A DNA stretch of 64,000 nt, taken from assembly GCF_035084215.1 (NCBI RefSeq), contig NC_090344.1, positions 52,948,001 through 53,012,000 on the forward strand, written 5' to 3'. The notes beneath the pieces were generated by a model. The model saw nothing but the letters and a program-made list of their open reading frames with translations, did not search any database and was not told where the DNA came from. Of this stretch, positions 11,101 to 21,939 are shown in pieces. How positions within the stretch are numbered: the stretch's first letter is position 1; each line of letters opens with the position of its first letter. This DNA comes from Heptranchias perlo (lineage: Eukaryota). The translations under genes were made by a program, and so were the position numbers.

Positions 11101-11400
11101 ACCTCTACCACCTAGAAGGACAAGAGCAGCAGGTACATGGGAACAACACCACCTGCACGTTCCCCTCCAAGTCACACACCATCCCGACTTGGAAATATAT
11201 CGCCGCTCCTTCATCGTCGCCGGGTCAAAATCCTGGAACTCCCTTCCTAACAGCACTGTGGGAGAACCGTCATCACACGGACTGCAGCGGTTCAAGAAGG
11301 CGGCTCACCACCACCTTCTCAAGGGCAATTAGGGATGGGCAATAAATGCCGGCCTCGCCAGCGACGCCCACATCCCGTGAACGAATAATTTAAAAAAAAT
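8062..11400 (+). mobile_element. Full-length tRNA-headed single-ORF LINE (APE endonuclease + RT, CR1/L2-group-like), copy 1; two in-frame stops
   Basis: tRNA-like head; ORFs 8552..10297, 10349..10552 and 10559..11332 in one frame with NIWGL, LTES, YRPP, GDFN, LDL, SDH (APE) and GPDNI, YRPISL, QFGFR, AFDRV, PQGS, FADD (RT); A-rich tail; inserted in a DeuSINE. Confidence 0.95.
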
Positions 11401-12249
11401 TATAACAGTAACTGCACTTTTGGCTCCGTTCTTTCTAGTGCTTTTTCTATGTGTCACTAGTGATTTCCCAGGCCACCTGCCAGTAATCTTTTAGTTTAAC
11501 CATGCTGTTTTATGTGCTGGTGTATTCACAAGCTGCTCGAAGGTTAAATACACTGCGAGTATAGATCTGTTAATGAGCAGGTTGCTTCACAGTAAACTGG
11601 TTTATGTACAAACTGATTTACTTGAGTTATTTTGGTAAGCTCGTTATACTACAGTTTGTGTTGTGAAGTGGCTTTGCACCGTTGTAGATTTATAACTTGT
11701 GACTGAAGTCAACAAGGTTGCATTCTGACAAACAGTGTGTTTAACCCCGTGGAGGTCGTCTTGTTCTCTTTCCTACTCTCCACCTGGGTCCTGCAGTCTG
11801 AAATTCCCTCCCTAAACTCTTCCATCTCTCTCTCTCCTTTATAGTCCCCTCAAAACCCATCTTGTTACCCAAACTTTTGGTCGCCCTTCCTAATTTCTCC
11901 TTTTCTGGCACAGTGTTTATTTTCATGTGTCTGTAGGAAGCACTTTGATACATTTTTAATGTTAAAGACATTTTAGTGCGTGGCACCAATGGAGTTGAAC
12001 ACTTTTTTCAATCATGAGCTACAGGCTACTATAGTACAATAATGACAGATTTCCCTTGCTGTCATACAGCTGCTCATTTCCAGGCTGTTTTACTCCAGCT
12101 CATGGGAAACACACTGGCGTCTCAGAGTGGGAAGCCTGTGAGTGCAGTGGCAAATTTCAGTTAAAACAGCTTCTGAGTGTCCAGCATATTAAGGTGAATT
12201 ACACTGAAAATACACGTGCAATTTGCTGTGCAGCTGCTAGCGAATACAA

Positions 12250-12405
12250 TGGGGAGGCCGATATCTGTAGCACCTGGGGTACGGGGGAGGCTGATATCTG
12301 TAGCACCTGGGGTACGGGGGAGGCTGATATCTGTAGCACCTGGGGTATGGGGGAGGCCAATATCTGTAGCACCTGGGGTATGGGGGAGGTCGATATCTGT
12401 AGCAC
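12250..12405. repeat. 33-bp minisatellite, ~4.7 copies
   Basis: Unit ggggaggctgatatctgtagcacctggggtacg. Confidence 0.95.
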
Positions 12406-12503
12406 TAGGAGTACGAAGTCTGAAAAATCTTTTGTCTAAATGAATCGTCTCATGAATGCTTTGTCTATTGTGATTGCTTCACAGAAGGAAGGGTGAGAGA
12501 GTC

Positions 12504-13310
12504 ATGGATGAAGACTGTGTAACTGAAGATTACCGAGGACAAACTCCACAGACATCAAATTTCAGCAAGTCCCCCAGCATTTTACATCACTACAGAATTC
12601 AGGTCAGGGAGAGACCGTATAAGTGTACCCTTTGTGGGAAGAGCTTCACTCAGTCCTGGTCCCTGACAGTTCATCAGCGAATCCACACCGGAGAGAAACC
12701 GTTCAAATGCTGCAAGTGTGCAAAGACCTTTATTGACTCGTGGTCTCTCACACTTCACCAGCGTGTTCACACCGGAGAGAAACCATTCAAATGTTCCGAA
12801 TGTGCAAAAGCTTTCAGCAACTCTTCACACCTTTCAGTTCACCAGCGCATCCACACAGGAGTGAGACCGTATAAGTGTTTGGATTGTGGGAAAGCCTTTG
12901 TTCAATCTTCACAACTTTCATGCCACCAGCGGCTTCATACAGGGGAGAAGCCTTATAAGTGCCCTGAATGCGGACAAACCTTCACCCAGTCCTCATCCCT
13001 CACAGTTCACCAGCGCATTCACACCGGAGAGAAGCCTTTCAAGTGTTCTGAGTGTGAAAAGGCCTTTATCGAGTCATCACACCTGCTGCGTCACCAGCGG
13101 GTTCATACAGGGGAGAAGCCTTACAAGTGCAGCGATTGTGAGAAAGCTTTCATTAATTCATCATCTCTCACGGTACATCAGCGCATTCATACAGGGCAGA
13201 AACTCTTCAGATGTCCTGACTGTGAAAAGACCTTTATTAAATCGTGGCATCTTTTGCGCCATCTGACCATCCATACACGGACACTTTCCCCCCAAGTGAC
13301 TGGGGTCTGA
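12504..13310 (+). CDS. C2H2 zinc-finger protein, 8 tandem fingers, ~268 aa, single coding exon
   Basis: Eight C2H2 units with TGEKP linkers; acceptor ttcacAG at 12483-12484, ATG at 12504 (gtcATGg); intact frame. Confidence 0.9.
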   Translation: MDEDCVTEDYRGQTPQTSNFSKSPSILHHYRIQVRERPYKCTLCGKSFTQSWSLTVHQRIHTGEKPFKCCKCAKTFIDSWSLTLHQRVHTGEKPFKCSECAKAFSNSSHLSVHQRIHTGVRPYKCLDCGKAFVQSSQLSCHQRLHTGEKPYKCPECGQTFTQSSSLTVHQRIHTGEKPFKCSECEKAFIESSHLLRHQRVHTGEKPYKCSDCEKAFINSSSLTVHQRIHTGQKLFRCPDCEKTFIKSWHLLRHLTIHTRTLSPQVTGV

Positions 13311-14586
13311 AAATATCTTTTATTTTTCTCCCCAGCTCTGTCTTAAGGCAGATGGTTCCACAGGTCATCAGTCACACTCCTCTATCTCATCCAAGTGACC
13401 ATTCTTGCTGAGTGAAGATGCAGTCTATTCAATAATGGAGCTGATCGTTACCCAGCCTCTCACCATGTCCTCAAACGATGTATTCAGGTAGTGAGTAACA
13501 GCAGAAAACCAAGGCTGGTTTTGTCCTTGATCCACAGGTACTAGGCACTGTGATGTCTGTGCTGATATGATCTAACTCACCACTTACTGGCTCTGCTTTT
13601 TAGGCTGATCTACAGTTGGTTGTTATGCTCAGAAAGAATCTGCTAACTTATCAATCATTGAATTTTGTCAGCGTGTTGAAGCAAGACTACGCCGTTTGAA
13701 CTACCCTTACTGTGAAGAAACTGCCTCTTGGTTATCATTTAATTAATGCTGAGTGACCTGGAATTGGAGAAAACTTTGCTTGTCTTCTGATGATGAAAAG
13801 AAATGAACACTTGTAGCAGTTGGTGCTCAGATGCGAGATTCTTACAGAGCCGCCCAAATGACTGAGCTGGTTAGGTGAGTAGCTGAATCATTAGACCAAG
13901 AAACTCCTTGGTTGACAATCCACTTTGGGGGTGGCAACGAAACAGGGTCCCTTGACTACAGGAGGACCCGTCTGCAGTAGGGACAAGTAAACCCTCTGTG
14001 GCAGACACAGTAATCCCAGTTAGTGAGCCAAGCAGGTCGGCGTGGTCCCAGGGAGCTGTTGATGATTTGAGTCACCACCTGCCCCTGTCCCCATTGCACC
14101 CCGTCCCTGACCCCGCCAACGCCCTTAGCCTTGAACCCATGACCTTCTGACTCAGAGGCGAGAGTGCTGCCATGGCTGACACCTTTACATCAACCATGTT
14201 GTATCTGACCCAGGAGTGCTTCATGCTGATAGTGGATACCTGAAACCAGAAACTGTTTCACTCCCCAGTGGTAACATCCCTCACACCAAGCACAAAAAAA
14301 CTCACCTAAAAATACCTGTTCCACAATGCATAGATGGCTATTCAATAAAGGGTCCTCACTCAAAATGCTAACCGGCTCTTCTCTTTACAGCTGCTGATAT
14401 TCCTGGTGTAATGCGGTTGCTACGTTTGTCCACCGGGTAACATGGACCAAACTCAACTATTCAGACACCTTGGGAGCCAGACTGGGATTTCCTGGGCTAT
14501 TTCAGGTAAATCCTCTTACGGAAAGTAATATGGGGTTGCCAATCCTCCAGGATTGTCCTGGAGTCTCCAGGAATTAAAGATTAATC

Positions 14587-15443
14587 TCTTGCTGGAATAA
14601 TAACGACATGTTAATGATGCACACTGTTATGAATTCGCAAATCGGCCAGCAAGTTCAAGCGATGAGGAGAAACGCCATCTATTGCCAAGCTCCAGAACTT
14701 GCTGGTTGCTTTACGCTGCTCTGCTGGTTGCTTTACGCTGCTCTGCTGGTTGCTTTACGCTGCTCTGCTGGTTGCTTTACGCTGCTCTGCTGGTTGCTTT
14801 ACGCTGCTCTGCTGGTTGCTTTACGCTGCTCTGCTGGTTGCTTTGTCTAAATGGCATCTCGCCCTTAGCCTCCCCATTATTTTGAAGAACTTGCAGGATT
14901 TGCACATTAATTGCTCATTAAACTCACGGCAAAAAGTTAGGGCTGGAACTGAACAGTGTATATACCTTTTCAATGACGTGATAATCATTATGGCAATGCC
15001 AATCAACCTCCCTGGCCCAGAAAGGGACCAATGTGAACTGTTCAATCTCATTCCTGTAAAGTAGTAAATTCTTAGAGATTTTCAAAATGACAATTTAAAA
15101 AAAAATTCTTATCTTTCCTTTCTGATCTTTTTTCTCTCTCTTAATCCAATTTTTCTTTCTCGTTATTTTTCTTTCTGTACCTGATTTGACTCTAATTCAC
15201 CCGATTTCCTTCTCTGTCGTTCCTCTGTTTCTTTCTCTGTCCTTAAATCTGATTGTTTAAGGAGGTAGACTGTTGGTCCCGTCGTTCATAAGGTCCCAGA
15301 TGTCTCATTGCCCTCGCCGTGCCGTTAGCAGCTCGCACTTCCAGTAAGATAAAGAGCAAAAAAGTTTCAACCTGGATCATGCAGGAAAATGTCTAACTGA
15401 CAGCATATGCCGCGAGACGGCCCACTCCAGCAAGATTTGGCCC
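14587..15443. mobile_element. Possible non-autonomous DNA transposon (MITE-like)
   Basis: Inverted 10-mer tcttgctgga (14587-14596) / tccagcaaga (15426-15435), right end ..tttggccc; no coding capacity. Confidence 0.35.
14701..14845. repeat. 22-bp perfect minisatellite, ~6.5 copies
   Basis: Unit gctggttgctttacgctgctct. Confidence 0.97.
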
Positions 15444-15479
15444 AGTTACTGTATAAATGTGACCATTGCACTATGCAGT

Positions 15480-15610
15480 ATTGTTAGGTAAGGGTATCAA
15501 GGGGATATGGAGCAAATGCAGGTAAATGGAGTTGAGGTACAGATCAGCCATGATCTAATTGAATGGGGGAACAGGCTCGAGGAGCTGAATGACCTACTCC
15601 TGTTCTGAGT
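15480..15610 (+). mobile_element. CR1 3' tail
   Basis: cagatcagccatgatctaattgaatgg..ctactcctgttc, shared with other CR1 3' UTRs in the window. Confidence 0.75.
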
Positions 15611-16225
15611 TCAAACATTTCTCACTCTTTGAGTAAAGATGTCCATCCCAAAATCTGTTTTAAGTTGCCTTTCACTCAATTCTAACCACATCCAATTGTG
15701 ATCTTTGTAAACCCTTCACATCATTCTAAATGGACGTGTACATCAACAAAGATACACTCTCATGGATCCAGAATGCAATGGATGGTAATCCCTGGGTACA
15801 CATTGTTCTGTCTCATTCCAGAGAGAGAATTCAAGCACTGTACAGAAATGGGGTAGATGCAGGGTGCCATGGTTCAGTGGTAGCACTCTCTCCTCTGAGT
15901 CAGAAGGTTGTGGGTTCAAGTCCTGCTCCTGAAACTTGAGCACATAATCCAGGCTGACACTCCCAGTGCAGTACTGAGGGAGTGCTGCACTGTCGGAGAT
16001 GCCGTCTTTCAGATGATACGTGAAACCGAGGCCCTGCTTGCACCTCTCAGGTAGCACTTTTTGAAGAAGAGCGGGAGAGTTCGCCCTGTGTCCAGGCCAA
16101 TATTTATCCCTCAATCAACACCACGAGAAACAGATTATCTGGTCATTCTTACATTGCTATTTGTGGGACCTTGCTGTGCGCAAATTGACTGTCTCGTTAC
16201 GTACATTACAACAGTGACTACACTT

Positions 16226-17036
16226 ACTTCGCAGCAAGTTACCCAGTTTTCAGGAGAACAGCGTCCACGACACCACACAACTCTGCTACGGCAACCTCTG
16301 CAAGACATGCCAGATCATCGACACGGATACCACCATCACACGAGAGGACACCACCCACCAGGTACATGGTTCATACTCCTGTGACTCGGCCAATGTTGTC
16401 TACCTCATACGTTGCAGGAAAGGATGCCCCGGAGCATGGTACATTGGCGAGACCATGCAGACTGCGACAACGGATGAACGGACACCGCGCAACAATCGCC
16501 AGACAGGAGGGTTCCCTCCCAGTCGGGGAACACTTTAGCAGTCAAGGACATTCAGCCACCGATCTTCGGGTAAGCGTTCTCCAAGGCGGCCTTCGAGACA
16601 CACGACAACGCAAAATCGTCGAGCAGAAGTTGATAGCCAAGTTCCGCACCCATGAGGACGGCCTCAACCGGGATCTTGGGTTCATGTCACGCTACACGTA
16701 ACCCCACCAGCAAAAAGGGGGAGAAAAATTATGTTTTTTAATATTCTCTCTCTCTCTCTCTCTCTCTCTGCCATTTTGGGTTTCTTTCTGCCTGTCTGTG
16801 TAATTGACACAATGTATATCCAGTGTACTGGGACGTGCTGTTCTCCGTGACTGGCCTGTTTGAATAACAACGACACCTTTTGATTGGTGTGATGCTGTCC
16901 CAGCCTAGTATAAGATATGCGATTTGAGAACCTTTTCACTCATTCATCTGACGAAGGGGATAATCTCCGAAAGCTTGTGATTTTAAAATAAATTTGTTGG
17001 ACTATAACCTGGTGTTGTAAGATTCCTTACATTTTT
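16226..17036 (+). mobile_element. Penelope-like element 3' part: GIY-YIG endonuclease remnant + pseudo-LTR
   Basis: Frameshifted CKTC..CDSANVVYLIRC..WYIGET..RMNGHR..VGEHF..EQKLI..GLN; stop at 16701; downstream pLTR shared with five other insertions. Confidence 0.9.
16944..16980 (+). ncRNA. Minimal type-I hammerhead ribozyme motif in the Penelope pLTR
   Basis: UCAU-CUGACGA-A-GGGGA-UAA-UCUCC-GAAA-GC-UU-GUGA: core boxes, stem II, stem I closure, palindromic AAGCUU at stem III. Confidence 0.75.
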
Positions 17037-17114
17037 GCACTTCAAAAATTCTTAATTGGTTGTAAAACGCATTGGGAGGTCCTGAGGTCGTGAAAGGTGC
17101 TATATAAATGCAAG

Positions 17115-20100
17115 TCTTTCTTGCTTTCTCTCTTTCTTGCTTTCTCTCTTTCTTGCTNNNNNNNNNNNNNNNNNNNNNNNNNNNNNNNNNNNNNNNNNNN
17201 NNNNNNNNNNNNNNNNNNNNNNNNNNNNNNNNNNNNNNNNNNNNNNNNNNNNNNNNNNNNNNNNNNNNNNNNNNNNNNNNNNNNNNNNNNNNNNNNNNNN
17301 NNNNNTGCTTCCTTGCTTGCTTCCTTCCTTGCTTCCTTGCTTCCTTTCTTGCTTCCTTTCTTGCTTCCTTTCTTGCTTTCTTTCTTGCTTCCTCTCTTGC
17401 TTTCTTTCTTGCTTTCTCACTTCCTTTCTTGCTTTCTCTCTTTCTTGCTTTCTTGCTTTCTCTCGCTTTCCTGCTTTCTGTCTTTCTTGCTTTCTTTCCT
17501 TTTTGCTTTCTTTCTTTCTTTCTTCCTTGCTTTCTTTCTTGATCTCTTTCTTTCTTGATCGCTTTCTTTCTTGATCGCTTTCTTTCTTGATCGCTTTCTT
17601 TCTTGATCGCTTTCTTTCTTGCTGTCTTGCTTGCTTTCTTTCTTGCTTCCTTTCTTTCTTTCTATTTTGCTTTCTCTTTTTCTTTCTTTCTTGCTATCTC
17701 TTGCTTTCTTCCTTGCTTCCTTTCTTGCTTCCTTTCTTGCTTCCTTTCTTGCTTCCTCTCTTGCTTTCTTTCTTGCTTTCTCGCTTCCTTTCTTGCTTTC
17801 TCTCTTTCTTGCTTTCTTGCTTTCTCTCGCTTTCCTGCTTTCTGTCTTTCTTGCTTTCTTTCCTTTTTGCTTTCTTTCTTTCTTTCTTCCTTGCTTTCTT
17901 TCTTGATCTCTTTCTTTCTTGATCGCTTTCTTTCTTGATCGCTTTCTTTCTTGATCGCTTTCTTTCTTGCTGTCTTGCTTGCTTTCTTTCTTGCTTCCTT
18001 TCTTTCTTTCTATTTTGCTTTCTCTTTTTCTTTCTTTCTTGCTATCTCTTGCTTTCTTCCTTGCTTCCTTTCTTGATCTCTTGCTTTCGTTCTTGCTTTC
18101 GTTCTTTCTTGCTCTCTCTTTGTTGCTTTCTTACTTCCTTGCTTCCTGCTTTCGTTCTTGCTTTCGTTCTTTCTTTCTTGCTCTCTCTTTGTTGCTTTCT
18201 TACTTCCTTGCTTCCTTTCTTGATCTCTTGCTTTCTCTCTTGCTACCTTGCTTTCGTTCTTGCTTTCGTTCTTGCTTTCTTGCTTTCGTTCTTTCTTGCT
18301 CTCTTTCTCTCTCTTTGTTGCTTCTTTTCTTGATCTCTTGCTTTCTCTCTTTCTTGCTTTCTCTCTTTCTTGCTTTCTCTCTTCCTTGCTTTCTCTCTCT
18401 CTTCCCTGCTTTCTCTCTCTCTTCCCAGCTTTCTCTATCTCTTCCCTGCTTTCTCTATCTCTTCCCTGCTTTCTCTCTCTCTTCCCTGCTTTCTCTCTCT
18501 CTTCCCTGCTTTCTCTCTCTCTTCCCTGCTTTCTCTCTCTCTTCCCTGCTTTCTCTCTCTCTCATCCTTGCTTTCTCTCTCTCATCCTTGCTTTCTCTCT
18601 CTCTTCCTTGCGTTCTCTCTCTCTTCCTTGCGTTCTCTCTCTCTTCCTTGCGTTCTCTCTCTCTTCCTTGCGTTCTCTCTCTCCCTTGCGTTCTCTCTCT
18701 CTCTTCCTTGCGTTCTCTCTCTCTTCCTTGCGTTCTCTCTCTCTTCCTTGCATTCTCTCTCTCTTCCTTGCGTTCTCCCTCTCTTCCTTGCGTTCTCCCT
18801 CTCTTCCTTGCGTTCTGGCATGCTTTCTTGCTGTCTCTTCCTTTCTTGCTTGCTTCCTTTCTTGCTTTCTTGCTTTCTCTGTCTTTCTTTCTTGCTTTCT
18901 GTCTTTCTTTCTTGCTTTCTGTCTTTCTTTCTTGCTTTCTGTCTTTCTTTCTTGCTTTCTTGCTGTCTCTTGCTCCCTTTCTTTCTTGCTCTCTCTTTGT
19001 TGCTTTCTTACNNNNNNNNNNNNNNNNNNNNNNNNNNNNNNNNNNNNNNNNNNNNNNNNNNNNNNNNNNNNNNNNNNNNNNNNNNNNNNNNNNNNNNNNN
19101 NNNNNNNNNNNNNNNNNNNNNNNNNNNNNNNNNNNNNNNNNNNNNNNNNNNNNNNNNNNNNNNNNNNNNNNNNNNTTGCCTTCTCTCGCTTTCTTTCTTG
19201 CCTTCTCTCGCTTTCTTTCTTGCCTTCTCTCGCTTTCTTTCTTGCCTTCTCTCGCTTTCTTTCTTGCCTTCTGTCTTTCTTGCTTTCTTGCTTTCTGGCA
19301 TGCTTTCTTGCTTTCTTGCTTCCTTTCTTGCTTCCTTCCTTTCTTGCTTTCTTGCTTTCTCTCTTGCTTTCTTTCTTTCTTCCTTTCTTGCTTTCTCTCG
19401 CTTCCTTTCTTGCTTTCTCTCGCTTCCTTTCTTGCTTTCTCTCGCTTCCTTTCTTGCTTTCTCTCGCTTTCTTGCTTTCTGTCTTTTTTGCTTTCTTGCT
19501 TTCTTGCTGTCTCATTCTTGCTTCCTTTCTTTCTCGATCTCTTTCTCGATCTCTTTCTTTCCTCCTTGCTTCCTTTCTTGATCTCTTGCTTCCTTTCTTG
19601 ATCTCTTGCTTCCTTTCTTGATCTCTTGCTTCCTTTCTTGATCTCTTGCTTCCTTTCGTTGTCGCTCTCTTTCGTTGTCGCTCTCTTTCGTTGTCGCTCT
19701 CTTTCGTTGTCGCTCTCTTTCGTTGTCGCTCTCTTTCGTTGACGCGCTCTCTCTCTGGCGCGCTCTCTCTCTGGCGCGCTCTCTCTCTGGCGCGCTCTCT
19801 CTCTTTCGTCCTTGCTTGCTTTCTTGATTTCTTTCTTTCCTTGATGCTTTCTTGATCTCTTGCTTTCTTTCGTTCTTGATCTCTTGCTTTCTTGCTTTCT
19901 TTCTTGCTCTCTTGCTTTCTTCTTTCTTTCTTGCTCTCTTGCTTTCTTCTTTCTTTCTTGCTCTCTTGCTTTCTTCTTTCTTTCTTGCTTTCGTGCTTTC
20001 TTGATCTCTTGCTTTCTTCTTTCTTTCTTGCTTTCGTGCTTTCTTGATCTCTTGCTTTCTTCTTTCTTTCTTGCTTTCGTGCTTTCTTTCTTTCTTTCCT

Positions 20101-21627
20101 CCTTACTTCCTTTCTTGCTCTCTTACTTACTTCCTTGCTATCTTTCTTGATCTCTTACTTCCTTGCTTTCTTTCTTGATCTCTTGCTTTCTTTCTTGATC
20201 TCTTGCTTTCTTTCTTGATCTCTTGCTTTCTTTCTTGCTTTCTCGCTTGCTTGCTTTCTTGCTTGCTTTTTTGCTTACTTTCTTGTTTGCTTGCTTTCTT
20301 TCTTGCTTTTTTGCTTACTTTCTTGTTTGCTTGCTTTCTTTCTTGCTTTCTTTCTTTCTTGCATTGCTGCAGGAGTTCCTCAGGGCAGTGTCCTAGGCCC
20401 AACCATCTTCAGCTGCTTCATCAATGACCTTCCCTCCATCATAAGGTCAGAAATGGGGATGTTCGCTGATGGTTGCACAGTATTCAGTTCCATTCGCAAC
20501 CCCTCAAATAATGAAGCAGTCCGAGCCCGCATGCAGCAAGACCTGGACAACATCCAGGCTTGGGCTGATAAGTGGCAAGTAACATTCACACCAGACAAGT
20601 GCCAGGCAATGACCATCTCCAAGAGTCTAACCACCTCCCCATGATATTCAACGGCATTACCATCGCCGAATCCCCCACCATCAACATCCTGGGGGTCACT
20701 ATTGACCAGAAACTTAACTGGACCAGCCATATAAATACTGTGGCTACAAGAGCAGGTCAGAGGCTGGGTATTCTGCAACGAGTGACTCACCTCCTGACTC
20801 CCCAAAGCCTTTCCACTATCTACAAGGCACAAGTCAGGAGTGAGATGGAATACTCTCCACTTGTATGGATGAGTGCAGCTCCAACAACACTCAAGAAGCT
20901 CGACACCATCCAGGACAAAGCAGCCCGCTTGATTGGCACCCCATCCACCACCCTAAACATTCACTCCCTTCACTACCGGCGCACTGTGGCTGCAGTGTAT
21001 ACCATCCACAGGCTTCTTCGACAGCAGCTCCCAAACCCGCGACCTCTACCATCTAGAAGGACAAGAGCAGCAGGCACATGGGAACAGCACCACCTGCACG
21101 TTCCCCTCCAAGTCACACACCACCCCGACTTGGAAATATATCGCCGTTCCTTCATCGTCGCTGGGTCAAAATCCTGGAACTCCCTTCCTAACAGCACTGT
21201 GGGAGAACCTTCAGTACACGGACTGCAGCGGTTCAAGAAGGCGACTCACCACCACCTTCTCAAGGGCAATTAGGGATGGGCAATAAATGCCGGCCTCGCC
21301 AGCGACGCCCACATCCCATGAACGAATTTTTAAAAATGCTTTCTTTCTTCCTTCCTTTCTTTCTTGCTTGCTTTCTTGCTTGCTTTCTTTGTCACTTGCT
21401 TGCTTTCTTTGTAGCTTGCTTTCTTTGTAGCTTGCTTTCTTTGTTGCTTGCTTCCTTGCTTGCTTGCTTCCTTTCTTGCTTGCTTCCTTTCTTTCTTGCT
21501 TGCTTCCTTTCTTTCTTGCTTGCTTCCTTTCTTGCTTGCTTGCTTTCTTCCTTTCTTGCTTGCCTGCTTCCTTTCTTGCCTGCTTCCTTTCTTGTTTTTT
21601 TGCTTGCTTTCTTGCTTGCTTTCTTCT
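17115..21627. repeat. Polypyrimidine compound microsatellite (tttc/ttgc/ctct variants) with N gaps 17158-17305 and 19012-19175
   Basis: Directly visible; all F/L/S/C-rich and K/R/E-rich ORFs here are artefacts. Confidence 0.97.
20361..21336 (+). mobile_element. 5'-truncated copy of the tRNA-headed LINE inside the microsatellite
   Basis: [14 protein letters not shown] through the 3' UTR, near-identical to 10390-11395. Confidence 0.93.
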
Positions 21628-21939
21628 GGGACTCCAAAACCCAGACCAAGGTTAACATCAACCTTTGGGAATATTTCCAGTGTAGAATGCTGCATAAAAA
21701 CTATAACTATCGCTGTGAATAACACCATTCAGCTGCATGCTACTGTTTTCTGGATCAAAATATTCTATTTCTAAGACTTGTAGAAGGTTTTCAGTCTTTA
21801 CTAAGAAACGCAGGTGAAGAGAGCAGGGCACCCCATGGTGGAAAAAGGTGAGGTAAATCAGAAAGTCGTGAAGCTTGTAGACGGTAGGAGTAAGAGAAGA
21901 CTGAGCGAGGGGAGGGCTTCTTGATGTGGAGGTTGTGAC

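Larger units (their letters stand above)
15865..17120 (+). mobile_element. tRNA-derived DeuSINE (SacSINE1-like), split by a Penelope insertion
   Basis: A/B boxes (tggttcagtgg; gggttcaagtc), Deu-domain-like ctgtcggagatgccgtctttcagatga..aaaccgagg, 3' tail tatataaatgcaagtctttc resuming at ~17037. Confidence 0.8.

Noticed and set aside
12056-12439. 127-aa ORF as an upstream ZNF coding exon
   Set aside because: Mostly a 33-bp minisatellite; ends in a stop; no domain
17097-21774. Many hydrophobic F/L/S/C or K/R/E-rich ORFs
   Set aside because: Translations of a microsatellite and N gaps
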